Assembly: GCA_052426225.1 (NCBI GenBank)
Contig: JBNJNM010000023.1
Span: forward strand, 248,001-312,000
Length of the DNA: 64,000 bases
From: Zancudomyces culisetae HAW-14-8
Taxonomy: Eukaryota > Fungi > Kickxellomycota
Reading direction: 5' to 3'
Of the stretch, positions 1 to 12,048 are shown piece by piece. The notes below the pieces were generated by a model that searched no databases, was not told where the DNA came from, and saw only the letters and a list, made by a program, of their open reading frames with translations. The first letter of the stretch is position 1, and each line of letters starts with the position of its first letter. The translations under genes were made by a program, and so were the position numbers.

Positions 1-854
1 TTATAATTGGAAACAAAAAGGGAAATAATATAATGAACTGGCGGGTGAGAGATACCGTCCGAGCAAACATCTGCTATGGGGGGGCTATACCATAGTATAT
101 ACCACACATCCGAATGTTGGAATGGGTTTCATCTCTTTATTGCTGTTCCCCATACCTCAAAGGATGCATTCAACACTGACTATGGCGTGGTATGTGATAA
201 AGCTCAAGTGGACGTTCTCTTTATGCGAGGGCCAAGTGAAAGAGCAGGTCAGCACCCAGTGCTCTTGAAGTGTAAATATGGTGTTGAGCTGTCTTTATGG
301 CATGCCTGCCTAAGAAAAAAAATATAGAATGGTGTGGCTAATGTATGCATTGTTATGTTGACCCTACTTTGCTTTACTTTATTTTACCATACCATGCCAT
401 GCCATACCTTACCGTTTCTTTTTTTCTTTTATCCACTCAGCTTTATCACAAGATTAAAAATAGGCTTACGATTATTTTTTCTTCCAATATCCAACTCTTC
501 AAACCCCCTCAAAACGTTCGAACAGACTTATCAACCAACGAAAACGAGTTTTCCCAGGTTGATCCCAATACGCAGCAACAATTGAATATTTGCGTTTTTT
601 ACTTTTCATTTATTTGTTTTATTTTATGTTTATTTATTAGTCGCAAAACCCACAACCATCTTTGTAAAAATTTGTTACCAAGGCGTGATTATAAAATACA
701 TCAATTTTAGGATTGTTGATGACTAATTGTTATTTCTCACACTCGAATTAAAATTTTTTACACTGATGAAAGTATATAAAATGGGACTATGGACGTATTT
801 TGGACATAGTTTGCTTGATATCTGTAAAATACTGAGGGAGATCTAATATCAGAG

Positions 855-2165
855 ATGGCTAAGGATGATAATGTAATACGAGACGAAGTTCCTCTTCAAA
901 CTTCAAACGATTTGACTGCCAATCCCACACCCACTCATTCTGAGAAGGAGGTACCAGAATATGAACCTGAAATCGAACCTGACACAGGCTATGCTTGGAT
1001 AATTTTGATTGCCGGGTTTTTAAACTTCATGTTAAACTTCGGCATGTTTCAGGCCTTTGGTGTATTTCAAACATACTTTTTGAAGACAATGTTTTTGCAT
1101 GAAAAGGCAGAAAAGATATCCTGGATAGGTACAGCGGCAACCGCAACCAGTTTAACTTTTGGTGTGTTTGCAGGACCAATATACAACAAAATCGGACTAA
1201 GATACACTCTGCTTGGGGTCGGAACACTTACATGTCTTGGATTAGTGATTTCAGGGTTTTGTACAGAAATCTGGCAGCTCATAGTGGCACAGGGGTTGAT
1301 GACAGGTATCGGAGCAAGTATAGTGATTAACGTCAGTCTGACGGTTGTATCTAGTTGGTTTGTAAAAAAACGGGCATTCGCACTCAGTATAATGTCGGCT
1401 GCTGGTGGTGTTGGTGGTGGTATGTTAGTACCAATTGTTTCTGCATCAATTTCTGGGCTGGGTATCAAGTGGGCATTTATTATTTTGGGGCTAATAAATG
1501 CCACAACTACAATCATAGGTACTATGATTATGCGACTGCGTTCCGATAAATTCAAACCCTCAAAGAAAATAATAAACTTTAAACTACTCAAAGATTCGTT
1601 CTTTATCCCAATGTCGCTTGCGTGTATGTTTATGAACAGTGGTCAGTATGCTACGATACTGTATTACCCGGCCAGTGTAATCGATTTAGGCTATTCGAAC
1701 TCACTAGGATACTATACAGTACTGATTTACTGTGCTTGCGTTACCGTTTTTCGGTTATTTATGTCGGTGGTTTTAGATCGGGTGAGCCCGGTGCCTTTTA
1801 CTATAGCTGCACAGACTATAAGTACTTTGAGTATAATGGCACTATGGTATCCGAGTAAATCCCTGGTTGTACACATAATTTTCTATATTTTATTCAGTCT
1901 TACCTCATCTACAATTTATGGTGTAAGCACAGTTGTTAATGCCATGTACTTCAAGCCCGAAAATGTAGGACAAGCAAACGGTCTGTCATACTTATTTTAT
2001 GGCTTCGGTATTTTGATGGGCAACCCGCTCACTGGGCTGATCTTTGATTCTTTGGGTCACCGTACTAACTATCACCCAGTGATGATTTTCAGTGCATCCT
2101 GCTTTGCCGTTAGTACGCTTTTCTTGGTACTTGCATATTTTTTTTTCAGAAAACAAAAATCCTGA
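855..2165 (+). CDS. MFS transporter, monocarboxylate porter (MCT/Mch-like) family
   Basis: 436-aa intronless ORF, about 12 hydrophobic segments, N-terminal PDTGYAW motif and FGVFQTYF typical of MCT/Mch proteins. Confidence 0.9.
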   Translation: MAKDDNVIRDEVPLQTSNDLTANPTPTHSEKEVPEYEPEIEPDTGYAWIILIAGFLNFMLNFGMFQAFGVFQTYFLKTMFLHEKAEKISWIGTAATATSLTFGVFAGPIYNKIGLRYTLLGVGTLTCLGLVISGFCTEIWQLIVAQGLMTGIGASIVINVSLTVVSSWFVKKRAFALSIMSAAGGVGGGMLVPIVSASISGLGIKWAFIILGLINATTTIIGTMIMRLRSDKFKPSKKIINFKLLKDSFFIPMSLACMFMNSGQYATILYYPASVIDLGYSNSLGYYTVLIYCACVTVFRLFMSVVLDRVSPVPFTIAAQTISTLSIMALWYPSKSLVVHIIFYILFSLTSSTIYGVSTVVNAMYFKPENVGQANGLSYLFYGFGILMGNPLTGLIFDSLGHRTNYHPVMIFSASCFAVSTLFLVLAYFFFRKQKS

Positions 2166-3709
2166 TTGTAAGTAAGGAGTAGTTGTGCGACAGCCAGTCA
2201 GCAGTCTGATATTTTCAAACTGGTATATATATTTGTGTATTTATTTTACTCCTTCAACATCATCAATCTTAATCTCAACAAATGGCAAAAATAAAACAGC
2301 TTTTCCAGAATCTCGACGCAAATGCGTGGATATTTGCACATATTGAGCAAGGACTTTAAATATGGCTACTGAACAAACCCGTAAAAACTAGCATTTCTTT
2401 CTTCATTAACAAGAGAGAAGCCGAAGCACAATCATTGATTGAGCTGGTAACGGCACAATTTTTGGATGGAATACGTCGAACGATGATGCAATTCTTAGAC
2501 CGACTCAAAACAGAAACAACCTCCTTGAACCAACGCCTGGTGGGTATGGAGTTTCTAGATGGACGAAGGGGGATTGGTTGGGCAGATATTTTATAGGATT
2601 ATTTTTTGTAGTTTTATGGGATATTTATTTAATAAATCCATCTAAAAAAAAAGAATTAGCATATTTTTATGTACTACCATGGAAATCCAACAGATGATAG
2701 GCAATCGTTGGTCCTAGTGCAGCGTGTCATAAGATTTTACAGAAAGTGTAAGTATATTCCTAGTGCTTGAGTTTCAATAATTACAATCAAGTTTTTTCTA
2801 ATTGGTTATTAGACGCTACAAAGTGCGAAATTGTTAGGTCGAAGTTTGGTTTTAACACCCTGATAGCATTGGTTTAGAGTGATTGGGTTTTAGTGTTTTT
2901 ATTAGCGAGCGATACTAATTACCCATATCCATTTTAATCATTCTGTTTAACCATTTTTCTTGCACTACGAATAACTAGTGACCAGACTCAATATTTGAAT
3001 ATAATTGATAAATAATAGCAATTTGGCCTAGGTGGTTCTTTTTTTTAAAATTTTGTATCTATCCATTTTTTAGCACACCAGAATACTATTCCTACCTTAG
3101 AGTCCACTTTTTTTACTACCTACATAACTTGGAAGATCCAAAAGTTGTAATATCCGCTTTATGAAGGGGGGGGGGGGGTATAATTCCTTTATTCTCTTCA
3201 ATGTAAAAGAAAACAGTATTTCTATTGGATATCAAACCGTTTCGAGTGGAGAAGCAATAACATTAACACTGCTTTTCACATTAGAAACAAGCAGCTAAAC
3301 TAGTACATTTTGGTTTGCAGGTTCCATTTCAGGTCTAGATGATATTTAATTCAGTTTTTTTAAACCTGCATATTAATACGTTTATGTTCATAAGCTAGAA
3401 CAAAATCTAGAAAATACCACTTTGCTTAGTTCAGCTAATGCGAAAACAAATGGGATAATAAAAAAATAAAAAAGCACAACTGTGTCAATCGATAAGCAAA
3501 TAAGATCACCTACACCATACCTGACATGTGTTGCTTCTATGCAGCTTGTTATTTTAAATATTAACATTTCTCTAGTATTTATAGACAAAGATACATTTAG
3601 TATCTTTCAAAAATGTATAAATAGTGTAGAAATAGGAAAGTGGTGGTATTCATTCACAACTCCCTACTTAAAAAAAGAAAGAAATCACCAAAGACACACA
3701 CAAGCAAAG

Positions 3710-4123
3710 ATGAAGTTTTCAGCAACAATTCTAGGTTTTGCTACACTCAAGTCAATCTCTGTGTTTGCTTCACAAGGCGAATCATCAAATGTAGTATCAC
3801 TAAACAACGATAACTTTGATAAGGTTGTTGGATCTGCAAACAAGGGAGCCATGGTTAAATTCTTTGCACCTTGGTGCCCACACTGCAAGGATATGGCTGC
3901 TGATTACTCCAAGCTCGCTTCATCTTTCAAGGAGCCAAACCAAAAGGGTGTGGTGATTGCTGAGGTTGATTGTACTCAACAAGAGAGCTTGTGTACCAAG
4001 TACAAAATCCAGGGATACCCAACAGTCATGTGGTTCAAGAATGGAAACACTGCTAGCCCACTCGAATACAATGATCTGAATGAATTTGAACAACTCAAGA
4101 CTTATGTATCACAGAACATTTAA
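3710..4123 (+). CDS. Single-domain thioredoxin/PDI-like protein with N-terminal signal peptide
   Basis: MKFSATILGF... hydrophobic leader, VKFFAPWCPHCK active site, AEVDC and IQGYPT motifs. ATG at 3710 preferred over the upstream non-ATG start in the ORF track. Confidence 0.85.
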   Translation: MKFSATILGFATLKSISVFASQGESSNVVSLNNDNFDKVVGSANKGAMVKFFAPWCPHCKDMAADYSKLASSFKEPNQKGVVIAEVDCTQQESLCTKYKIQGYPTVMWFKNGNTASPLEYNDLNEFEQLKTYVSQNI

Positions 4124-5307
4124 ATAGAAGAGCAGGTTTATTGATTTAAATCATACACTAGAGTTTTTTTTCCGATAATAAATATTTTTGACAACTCAAA
4201 CCGAGTTATTTGGAGTTCTAGTTCAAAACAGTTTCAATGCTGTTTCGAAAATAGTAGCTACAGAACAATAACAAAGAGAAATAACAGAGTTATTCTGACA
4301 AGCATATCGAGCAGCGAGATAAAGCATGTTATATAAAATCGATTATGTATTGTGTCGATGTTTTTATAACACCAAATACGACGATACTAAAGTTACGCTA
4401 GCACATCCAGAAACATAAATTATAACAACAAATAATACCATATCTAGGGAAACTACATTGCATGATATATTCCTCAGCTATACAATTTCAATAATACTCT
4501 GGAGTTTGAAAGCTAACTATAACTACTACGAAGATTCAAAGAGGGAAGGATCAAGTGCTATGGTAAGTTATTTAGAGATATATACTCCCATTTATTTCAG
4601 AACTTGGGTTTGGAAATTTCTCCTTATTTATACATCTGTCATATTCAACTCTAAATTATTAATCCACACTTAAGAAAAGTCGATACACTTACTCTTCAAT
4701 TAAAAAAAAAGATAATAAAAAGGAGGTATGTATATTTAGACTGTATATTCCCTTATTTAACACGACATTTATTCGTTGGTACATCTGCTTATTTAAACGT
4801 GCTGAGAATATTTTTCTTACACTTCAACTTTCCGTTTGGTTCCTAGGTATATGGTGCATTTCTAATAGAAAAATAGCTACTACTAGAGCACTGAGAGTAA
4901 AGCAAATGTGAAGCATCGAAAACCACTTTATATGTTTGCTCAGTGTAGAAGAAAAATATAGAATAGCTATGCTGGTAATTTAAGCTAGCAAACGAATTTT
5001 ATAATAGCCGCTCAGAAAGTACACGTGTATGACGCAAAGATCAAAGTAGGTATTTTTTCTAAGAAAACCGGTTCTAGCATGCTATGGCTTACGGGAAACG
5101 TTTTAAGAGTTGAGTAGACGGAGCAAAAGATTTTAGTGGATTAGCTTTTTTTAAAAGAAATATAACGTTATGTAACAAATAAATATTGAACATAACGAAC
5201 CCGTTTTTGGTTTTAGTTGATGAAAAGAAACACGGGTTTTACTAAAAAAGAAAATAGCTACAACTATGTAATTAGCAGTATTGAGGATTAGCTAAATCCT
5301 CACCGGA

Positions 5308-6045
5308 TCAACAGTCATTATGCGAGTCATGATGCGAGTGACGCAAATGGTGCGAATGTCTAACCGATACATCAAACTGATAAGACACTACACCGGCTAT
5401 TAGCACAGCCATTCTTCCAAAACTGTGAGGAAGTTCTAAAAACTCGAGAATCTTGGAACTTTTTAGCAAATTGTTTGTTTTTATGTAGTCTTTATCCAGA
5501 GCTAATGTGAAAGTCTCTTTGCGATCAGAAAGAATAAGGCTCGAAAACCCAGTAGATAAGTCTATAACTCCACTCGCTCTGCCACTCGTATTTCTCAAAG
5601 TAAACCTTCGTTTGAACGATCCAGTTGAGAATGTACAAAACAAGGTTCTTTGGCCCTCTTCATTAAATACATATAACTCATATACTGAATCTGCTGTAGA
5701 CGCTTTTTTGACAACATTTCCTATTATTCTGCCATCCATAGTGTAAACAGCAAAAAGCCATTTCTTTCTGGATGGTGGTTTGGTAATTTTAAACATTGGT
5801 ATTCCGTTGGGCGTGTTTACTATATATTCTACCTTTCTTAGCCTTATATCAGGGTGGTGTGGAATCGCACTATCGAATTTTTCTTTGATTATTGCCAATG
5901 GTTTATTATGTGCATCATAAATACTAAACGTACACTCATCCAAGGGCGTAAAAGAGAATGTAGTACTTGCTCTGTTCCATTCTATTTTTAGCGCTCTATT
6001 GCACAACATGTCCTGTGCCTGTAAACTCCATGGTGAAGTTAGCAT
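5308..6045 (-). CDS. Scramblase/LURP-one (Tubby C-terminal-like) domain protein, tentative
   Basis: 245-aa ORF with repeated beta-strand pattern (FSIYDAHNKPLAIIKE, FAVYTMDGRIIGNV, FTLRNTSGRASGVI) and a C-terminal hydrophobic helix (AVLIAGVVSYQF). Confidence 0.55.
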   Translation of the reverse strand: MLTSPWSLQAQDMLCNRALKIEWNRASTTFSFTPLDECTFSIYDAHNKPLAIIKEKFDSAIPHHPDIRLRKVEYIVNTPNGIPMFKITKPPSRKKWLFAVYTMDGRIIGNVVKKASTADSVYELYVFNEEGQRTLFCTFSTGSFKRRFTLRNTSGRASGVIDLSTGFSSLILSDRKETFTLALDKDYIKTNNLLKSSKILEFLELPHSFGRMAVLIAGVVSYQFDVSVRHSHHLRHSHHDSHNDC

Positions 6046-8048
6046 AGTATTATTCTTCTTTTTTCTTCCTTATCGCTTGTTGTGTTAATAACTTTATAAT
6101 ATGGTGTTTATATTATAATACAATTATTCTGTTATTTTTAATATCAGCGACAATACCAATATTTAAAGGAAAGCCCAGGCCTCGCCAAATGGTGTTTCTA
6201 ATGTCTATATATATTATTAATTTTGATAGAAATTCGCAGATATTATAAAATAAATCTGATATTAAGGGTTGTGTTAAACTAAATAGCTTTGTTAAAAATA
6301 CATATAGAAATAAAGAATAAAATGGATTACGGATTAATGGTAAATAAAGGAAGATAGTTCTGAATACTCCCTCTCTCAATGCCAAGGGCAGAAAATTACT
6401 AAACTTGGTTCACAAGCCAATGACGTTAATACATCTCTTTCCTCTGTTTTTGACAAGAACTAGCATTTTATAGATTGATTTTGATGATAGGAATAGGTTG
6501 AAATGAGTAAAATGCGACTATTTCTGTGAATATTTCCAGTAAATAAAAAACTGCAAAGGTTTGCCTTTACACTGTTTTTGTTGCTTTCCATTATTATATT
6601 TGATAATAGATAAACCTCGTGATTGTTAGTGAAAATAATTGATAATGTCAAACATACATCCTCTTAGGTATTTTTGTAGAAACCGTGCTTGTGATGGCCT
6701 TGATATCTAATTAGCATTACAAAGCAAAAAGTAAAAGAAAGCAAATAAAGTGAAGGGTGTTGTTTTAGAGCTTCATGAAATTGCAGATGTTCGAGACATA
6801 AATCCATCATTCAAGTTTTTCCACAATTGAATACACATTCTATGCCTATACTCTTCTTGCTGGTCCACCTGATTACTTGAAACAACGTTACAAATTGAAT
6901 TTTGTCAGTACTAGAAAGAAGTACATTTATTTTGTGTTTGCAAATTGATGTAAATATTTTTGGCTGTATATCCCAGGCTAGTAGGATAATACCTTCAGCA
7001 GGGTACAAAAGCATGCAACTCCACAAATTTGTTACACTAAATGTACCAACCTCTCCCTTTATCTCACGTGTATTGGCCTCTGCTTGTTATTTTCAACAAC
7101 CAAAGAAAATATGAACTGGCAAGACCTCAGATATGGGTTAGATTGTGAATGTAAGGTATTGTATAATAAACGAACTCGCAACAAAATAAACTGGAATAGC
7201 ATAACGAGGCGGATAAACCACAGGTAAAGTCAATAAAAACGCAATTCTAACTACACAGCAGTATGGAATTCAAAAGATTAAAAATATTTGGAAACTAGCT
7301 GTTTAGCAAATGACAATCTCAAGCTGATACTTTCCCAAATAATAAGTTATTGATAATGGTGTGATATTGTGTATCATGGTGCACAAAGCGACCTTTATAC
7401 ATCTTTGTGATATACCATTGTGAAATTGACCCTTCTAGATATCGATTCGCGGAGTTTAAGATAAAATATCAAGACACCTGGTTTAAGGATGCTTCAATTC
7501 TATAGCTCCTTTCAAATACATTACTTTAGAGAAATTCAACAACACAAAAATAAATGCAAAAACAATAATTCCTCCTTTTTTTTACATTTTTGGTATAAGA
7601 ACATCCATCATATACATGTAATGCCAAATAAGAAATTGCGGAAAAAAACCAAGTTGAAAAAAACTAATCGCGTTTAAAGAAGCACATGTTGCGCATACCA
7701 CTAAGCTTACTACTACAAAAAGTAATAGAGTACAAAAGTATTGCAATACAACCAATCCATAAGCTGTCAACTTTCCAGTACATACTTGCACACAACCAGA
7801 ATATCAATTGGTATATTGTTGTGAACTCACCCGAGTTGCAGGATAGAGGTAGAGCTATATATACTTTTTCCAACAATAGATAGTAGGCATTGTGCTAAAA
7901 ATGCTAAAATAGTTGGCCTTTATTAGAAAATGAAAATCTCTGTTTACGTTGCAAGCTTTTACTAAGTGTTTCACGTAGGTTTTAACATCAGAAACAAGCT
8001 AAAAAATATAATTCAACTAAAAATACAGAAAATTCAGACCAAAAGAAG

Positions 8049-9395
8049 CTAGATAGGTCCATGCTTAAATGCAGGAATGTTTCTTCTGGTGTATACTCTA
8101 AGAACAACTAAAGTCATAGCACTCAAAAGGTACAAACATGCACTTATAATAATAATCAAAGTATAGTCAGTTCGATTACCATATTTATCAAAGAGATATC
8201 CAATTAGAGGTGTGGATGTAACTGTAGATATACCAGTGCACAGCAGAACAAGTCCATTTGCTTGACCAACTTCCTTTGTTTTGTACACACCACTTATAAA
8301 CACAGGGCTTAGAGCATACATCGGAGAAGAAAAAAGACCATATATAGCGTAGAACACAATATGTAGTGTGATGCTTTTGTTGGGTAACCAAAGCGAGAGA
8401 ATCAAAATCGCAACAATAATATGAGAGACTATCACCATGTTCATGGGGCCAATATACTTGTTTGCAAGCACAATGGTTATACGGCTGAGTAGTACAGCAC
8501 CACAGAAAACCATAACCAAATAGTATGAGGAGGATGTAGCTAGACCAAGGTCCATGACGCTTGCAGGGAAATACATAAGTGGGACCAAGTAACCGGCGTT
8601 TGAAAAGGCCTGTCCCAAGCAAACAAGAATGAGGTAAGGATCCTTTAACAGATTTAGACTTATAACATGCTTGGAAAGTTCAAAGTTGACTCTTGGTCGC
8701 ATAAAAAAGGCGCCGAGTATCATAAAGAAGAAGAATGTTATTGCCATAATTCTGAAGACCCAGCCAATTCCCAACCGGTCTATACAGTTAGTTACTATCG
8801 GGACCAGTACCAACCCGCCGATAGTACTACCAGCACTTATTATAGTCAATGCAGACACTCTTTTCTTCTCAAACCAGCTAGATCCCACCAATAATGTTAG
8901 ATTTACAATTAGGGATGAACTAAATCCGCATAGAACACCCTGTGTTAAAGTCAGCTGCCAAATCTGTGTGCTGAAGCTTGCCAGCAAAAAACCTAGCCCA
9001 CCTAATGTACCACTTAAAAGTAGCACATTTCGTAAACCAATGTAGTGGGCCAACGGACCTGCAAGTATACCACAGGATTGGGTTAACATATTCGAGAGTG
9101 TCCCTATCCAAGCTATATTTGCTGCTTTTTCGTTTACAAACATTACTTTCAAGTAATAAGTCTCAAAAATACCATAAACCATCAAGTTACTAAATGCAAA
9201 GAAGAAGCTTATAACTCCAAACACCATCACAACCCATGCGTATCCAACATCGGGCTTTCTTTCCTTTTCACTATTTACCTCTCGCAAGGAGCTTTGGGGA
9301 GACTCCGGCTTTTTGGTGTATTCAGCATAATGTGGGTCTGGGGTTTTTTGATCTTTTCTAATGTCCTGTAAGTTGTGTTTCTGGGTCTGTGCCAT
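8049..9395 (-). CDS. MFS transporter, MCT/Mch-like family (paralog 2)
   Basis: 448-aa ORF, KPDVGYAW motif, about 12 TM segments, alignable by eye to the other two paralogs. Confidence 0.9.
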   Translation of the reverse strand: MAQTQKHNLQDIRKDQKTPDPHYAEYTKKPESPQSSLREVNSEKERKPDVGYAWVVMVFGVISFFFAFSNLMVYGIFETYYLKVMFVNEKAANIAWIGTLSNMLTQSCGILAGPLAHYIGLRNVLLLSGTLGGLGFLLASFSTQIWQLTLTQGVLCGFSSSLIVNLTLLVGSSWFEKKRVSALTIISAGSTIGGLVLVPIVTNCIDRLGIGWVFRIMAITFFFFMILGAFFMRPRVNFELSKHVISLNLLKDPYLILVCLGQAFSNAGYLVPLMYFPASVMDLGLATSSSYYLVMVFCGAVLLSRITIVLANKYIGPMNMVIVSHIIVAILILSLWLPNKSITLHIVFYAIYGLFSSPMYALSPVFISGVYKTKEVGQANGLVLLCTGISTVTSTPLIGYLFDKYGNRTDYTLIIIISACLYLLSAMTLVVLRVYTRRNIPAFKHGPI

Positions 9396-12048
9396 TATTA
9401 ATAATTCAGGGTATGATACTATTTATCATGTTAATTTGATATTCCGCTTTATATGAAAGAGAGGAGGATCTGATAGTTCGGGTGGTACTGAATACAAAGA
9501 AAAAGAGAAACAGAATGAATTACGTCCTTGAGGATGGATTTGTGGGATACGCGAGTCTTTAAATAAATTTTATTTGAGATGTTGAACACTTTTACATTGC
9601 CTTTTTTGCTTTCGGATTTTCATCTAAATACACCTCCCATATCAAACATGCATACATAAACTATACTATTTTTGGTAAATCGGGAAAAAACGAACACATA
9701 TATGAGAAATGTGATACTTTCCCACCCCCCTGTTCAATACCTTTCCAAATAAAAGTGCAATTTTATGACTAGCACAAGAGACTTTTCCTTAACAAAAAAG
9801 TGTATTTTGGGACAGCTTGCTAAAAAAGAACTTTACCCGGGTTCAATCCCCAGTAAAAAAAAAAAAAAACTTTGCTGCTTGAAGTTGTGTGTCATTAACT
9901 TGCATAATTCAATAGGTGTAGCTTGGAAGGCCAATGAACACATAGATTGTTGGTGTATTATTAATACACTAGATGGCTAGCTGATAAAAAAACAAAGCTC
10001 ACGAGTCATTCGTCAGTATAAAAATTGATCAAGATTCCGGAATCACAACACCAGATTATAACTGGACCAATATCGTCAACCTCTTATTGCTTTTTTTATT
10101 TTATTTGCTTGTTCTAATATTGAAAAGAATTGCCCACATATCAGATGCCATCTGGGGGGCTATGCTAATAGATGAATCTAAACCTGGCTTAGTAATCCTG
10201 TTTCTCCGATTCAAGTGTGTTGCACTTTTTATCCTTTCCATTGCTCTCCTTCTCTGTTCAATGTGGGAAGTACACCAGGGTTGTTTGAATTTGGATATTT
10301 CAAACTTAGTATTGGATCAGAACATTTCCGGAATTTGGGGGTCGGGAGTTGGGATTGTGTATATTCAAAATTGATGTTAATCAACTAAGGTATTGGTTCC
10401 CAAATAACAGCTAATTGACAGAGTTTTTTTTTGTTAAAGAATAGATGACGAAGATTCTCAGAGATGAGGCTTAATCAATCGGATAAAAGAAATCTACACA
10501 ACTACTATAGCCTTATTGGACAACATATTACCTTATTAGTGCGATATAAGCTTCAAACCCAATGCCATACTTGGACAAGAACTGATGAGGCGTGCGGAAA
10601 AAAGCGATGTGGTCTATTTATGACTAAAAAAAAGAAGATAATAACTCTGTTTTTTACAATTCAGAGCTAGATTAAACAGGGTTTGATTAAACTTCCGCAT
10701 TTTTGTGCAAACACGTAATTAGATAAGATAAACACCTAGATAGTATGTATACGTAATTGTTACACCGAGATATATCGAACCTCGACTCAGTTGACTCCAA
10801 GAACCCCCATGTTAACCGGCTTGTCCACTTTTTAAGGAAATGGTTTGGGAATAGCATTCTTGAGGAGGAAATATTGTAAATCAGCACATTTGATAACGTG
10901 GAAGATTTATTTTCTTGAAATCGAGGTGACAAATGTTTAATCATTAATAGAGCAAAAATGTTCTATTTATGTTATCCTTTTTGCTTGACTTGCTTTATTA
11001 AATCTTACTCAATCTGTTAAACATAGTTCAGCAATGTTAAAGTGCAGTGATTGATGTCAGTACAATCATTTATGTTTGTAGAAATTAAATAGCGCTACCA
11101 TTATTCTACAAATGGGGTAGTGAACGTGTCATCATTATTTTAGAAATTGTTTCTAAATGGAAAATGTATTGTAGAGGGAAATTCTTGGTATGCAGATGGT
11201 TTGAATATGTGGTCATAATGTCCAATATTGGGTTTACATGGGCTACTTTTGAAACCTTTGAGAGTTCGCGCTTTAAAAATGCTCAGAAAATACCTTTAAC
11301 CTATAACTTGTGAAATAGGAGATAAAAAGTGCGCCATTATTTTTCGCTTGGGGCTTTGGGGAACGGTGAAAATCTGGATTAACGGAAAAGCGTGTGTTTA
11401 CTTTTATTAATGTTTAGGTAAGTCTTTTCAGAAACCACAGCGTTTTAGTAGCAACTATTTTTATTACCATATTAGGCAGGCTTTCAATTACAAATTATTA
11501 TAAATAATTTACAAAAGAATATGTATATATAACCTTTTCAAAAGCGAGTATTTTATTTTTAGCTGGAAAATTTTTTTTTACAAGAAAGAGTGGGAGGGGG
11601 GTGGGAAAAAACAAACACTTGATAGAAAAGAATGGAAGAGCTTGTATAAACCAGAGAAAGAGTCACTACAACGGTTTCCGTTGATTTAATTACAAAAAAA
11701 AATTTTCAGCAAATAAAAATGCGAAACAGAAAATCAATGTGGATTTAGCTTGAATGAAACGTAGTTAGAGGGATTGTGATTTTGATACATTTGGCTAAAT
11801 TAAAATATGAAAGTGGTTAGTATCGGGTAGATTGATAAGTTATGATTAATAATCGGTTGGTGGGGACGGTTATGTTGGCACCCGTTTAAAGTTTTTTTTG
11901 TTCTTTTTACTAAGCCATGATTGTAATATATATACCTCTGTAAAAGTACCTTAGAAACATAAAGAAAAGAGAAAAAGTAATACTTGAAAAATTTGCTGGA
12001 TAAAATTGATATTAAATGAGTATATAATCAAAGAAATAATATATAAAA

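Noticed and set aside
3482-3709. N-terminal extension of the thioredoxin ORF in the track
   Set aside because: Non-ATG start, and the signal-peptide ATG at 3710 is more plausible
3710-4123. Possible selenoprotein, since some early-diverging fungi use Sec
   Set aside because: The active site is TGC/TGC (Cys-x-x-Cys) with no in-frame TGA, and no tRNA-Sec was recognised in the window
6113-7883. Short ORFs between the scramblase-like gene and MFS paralog 2
   Set aside because: No motifs, no consistent frame and no convincing splice structure
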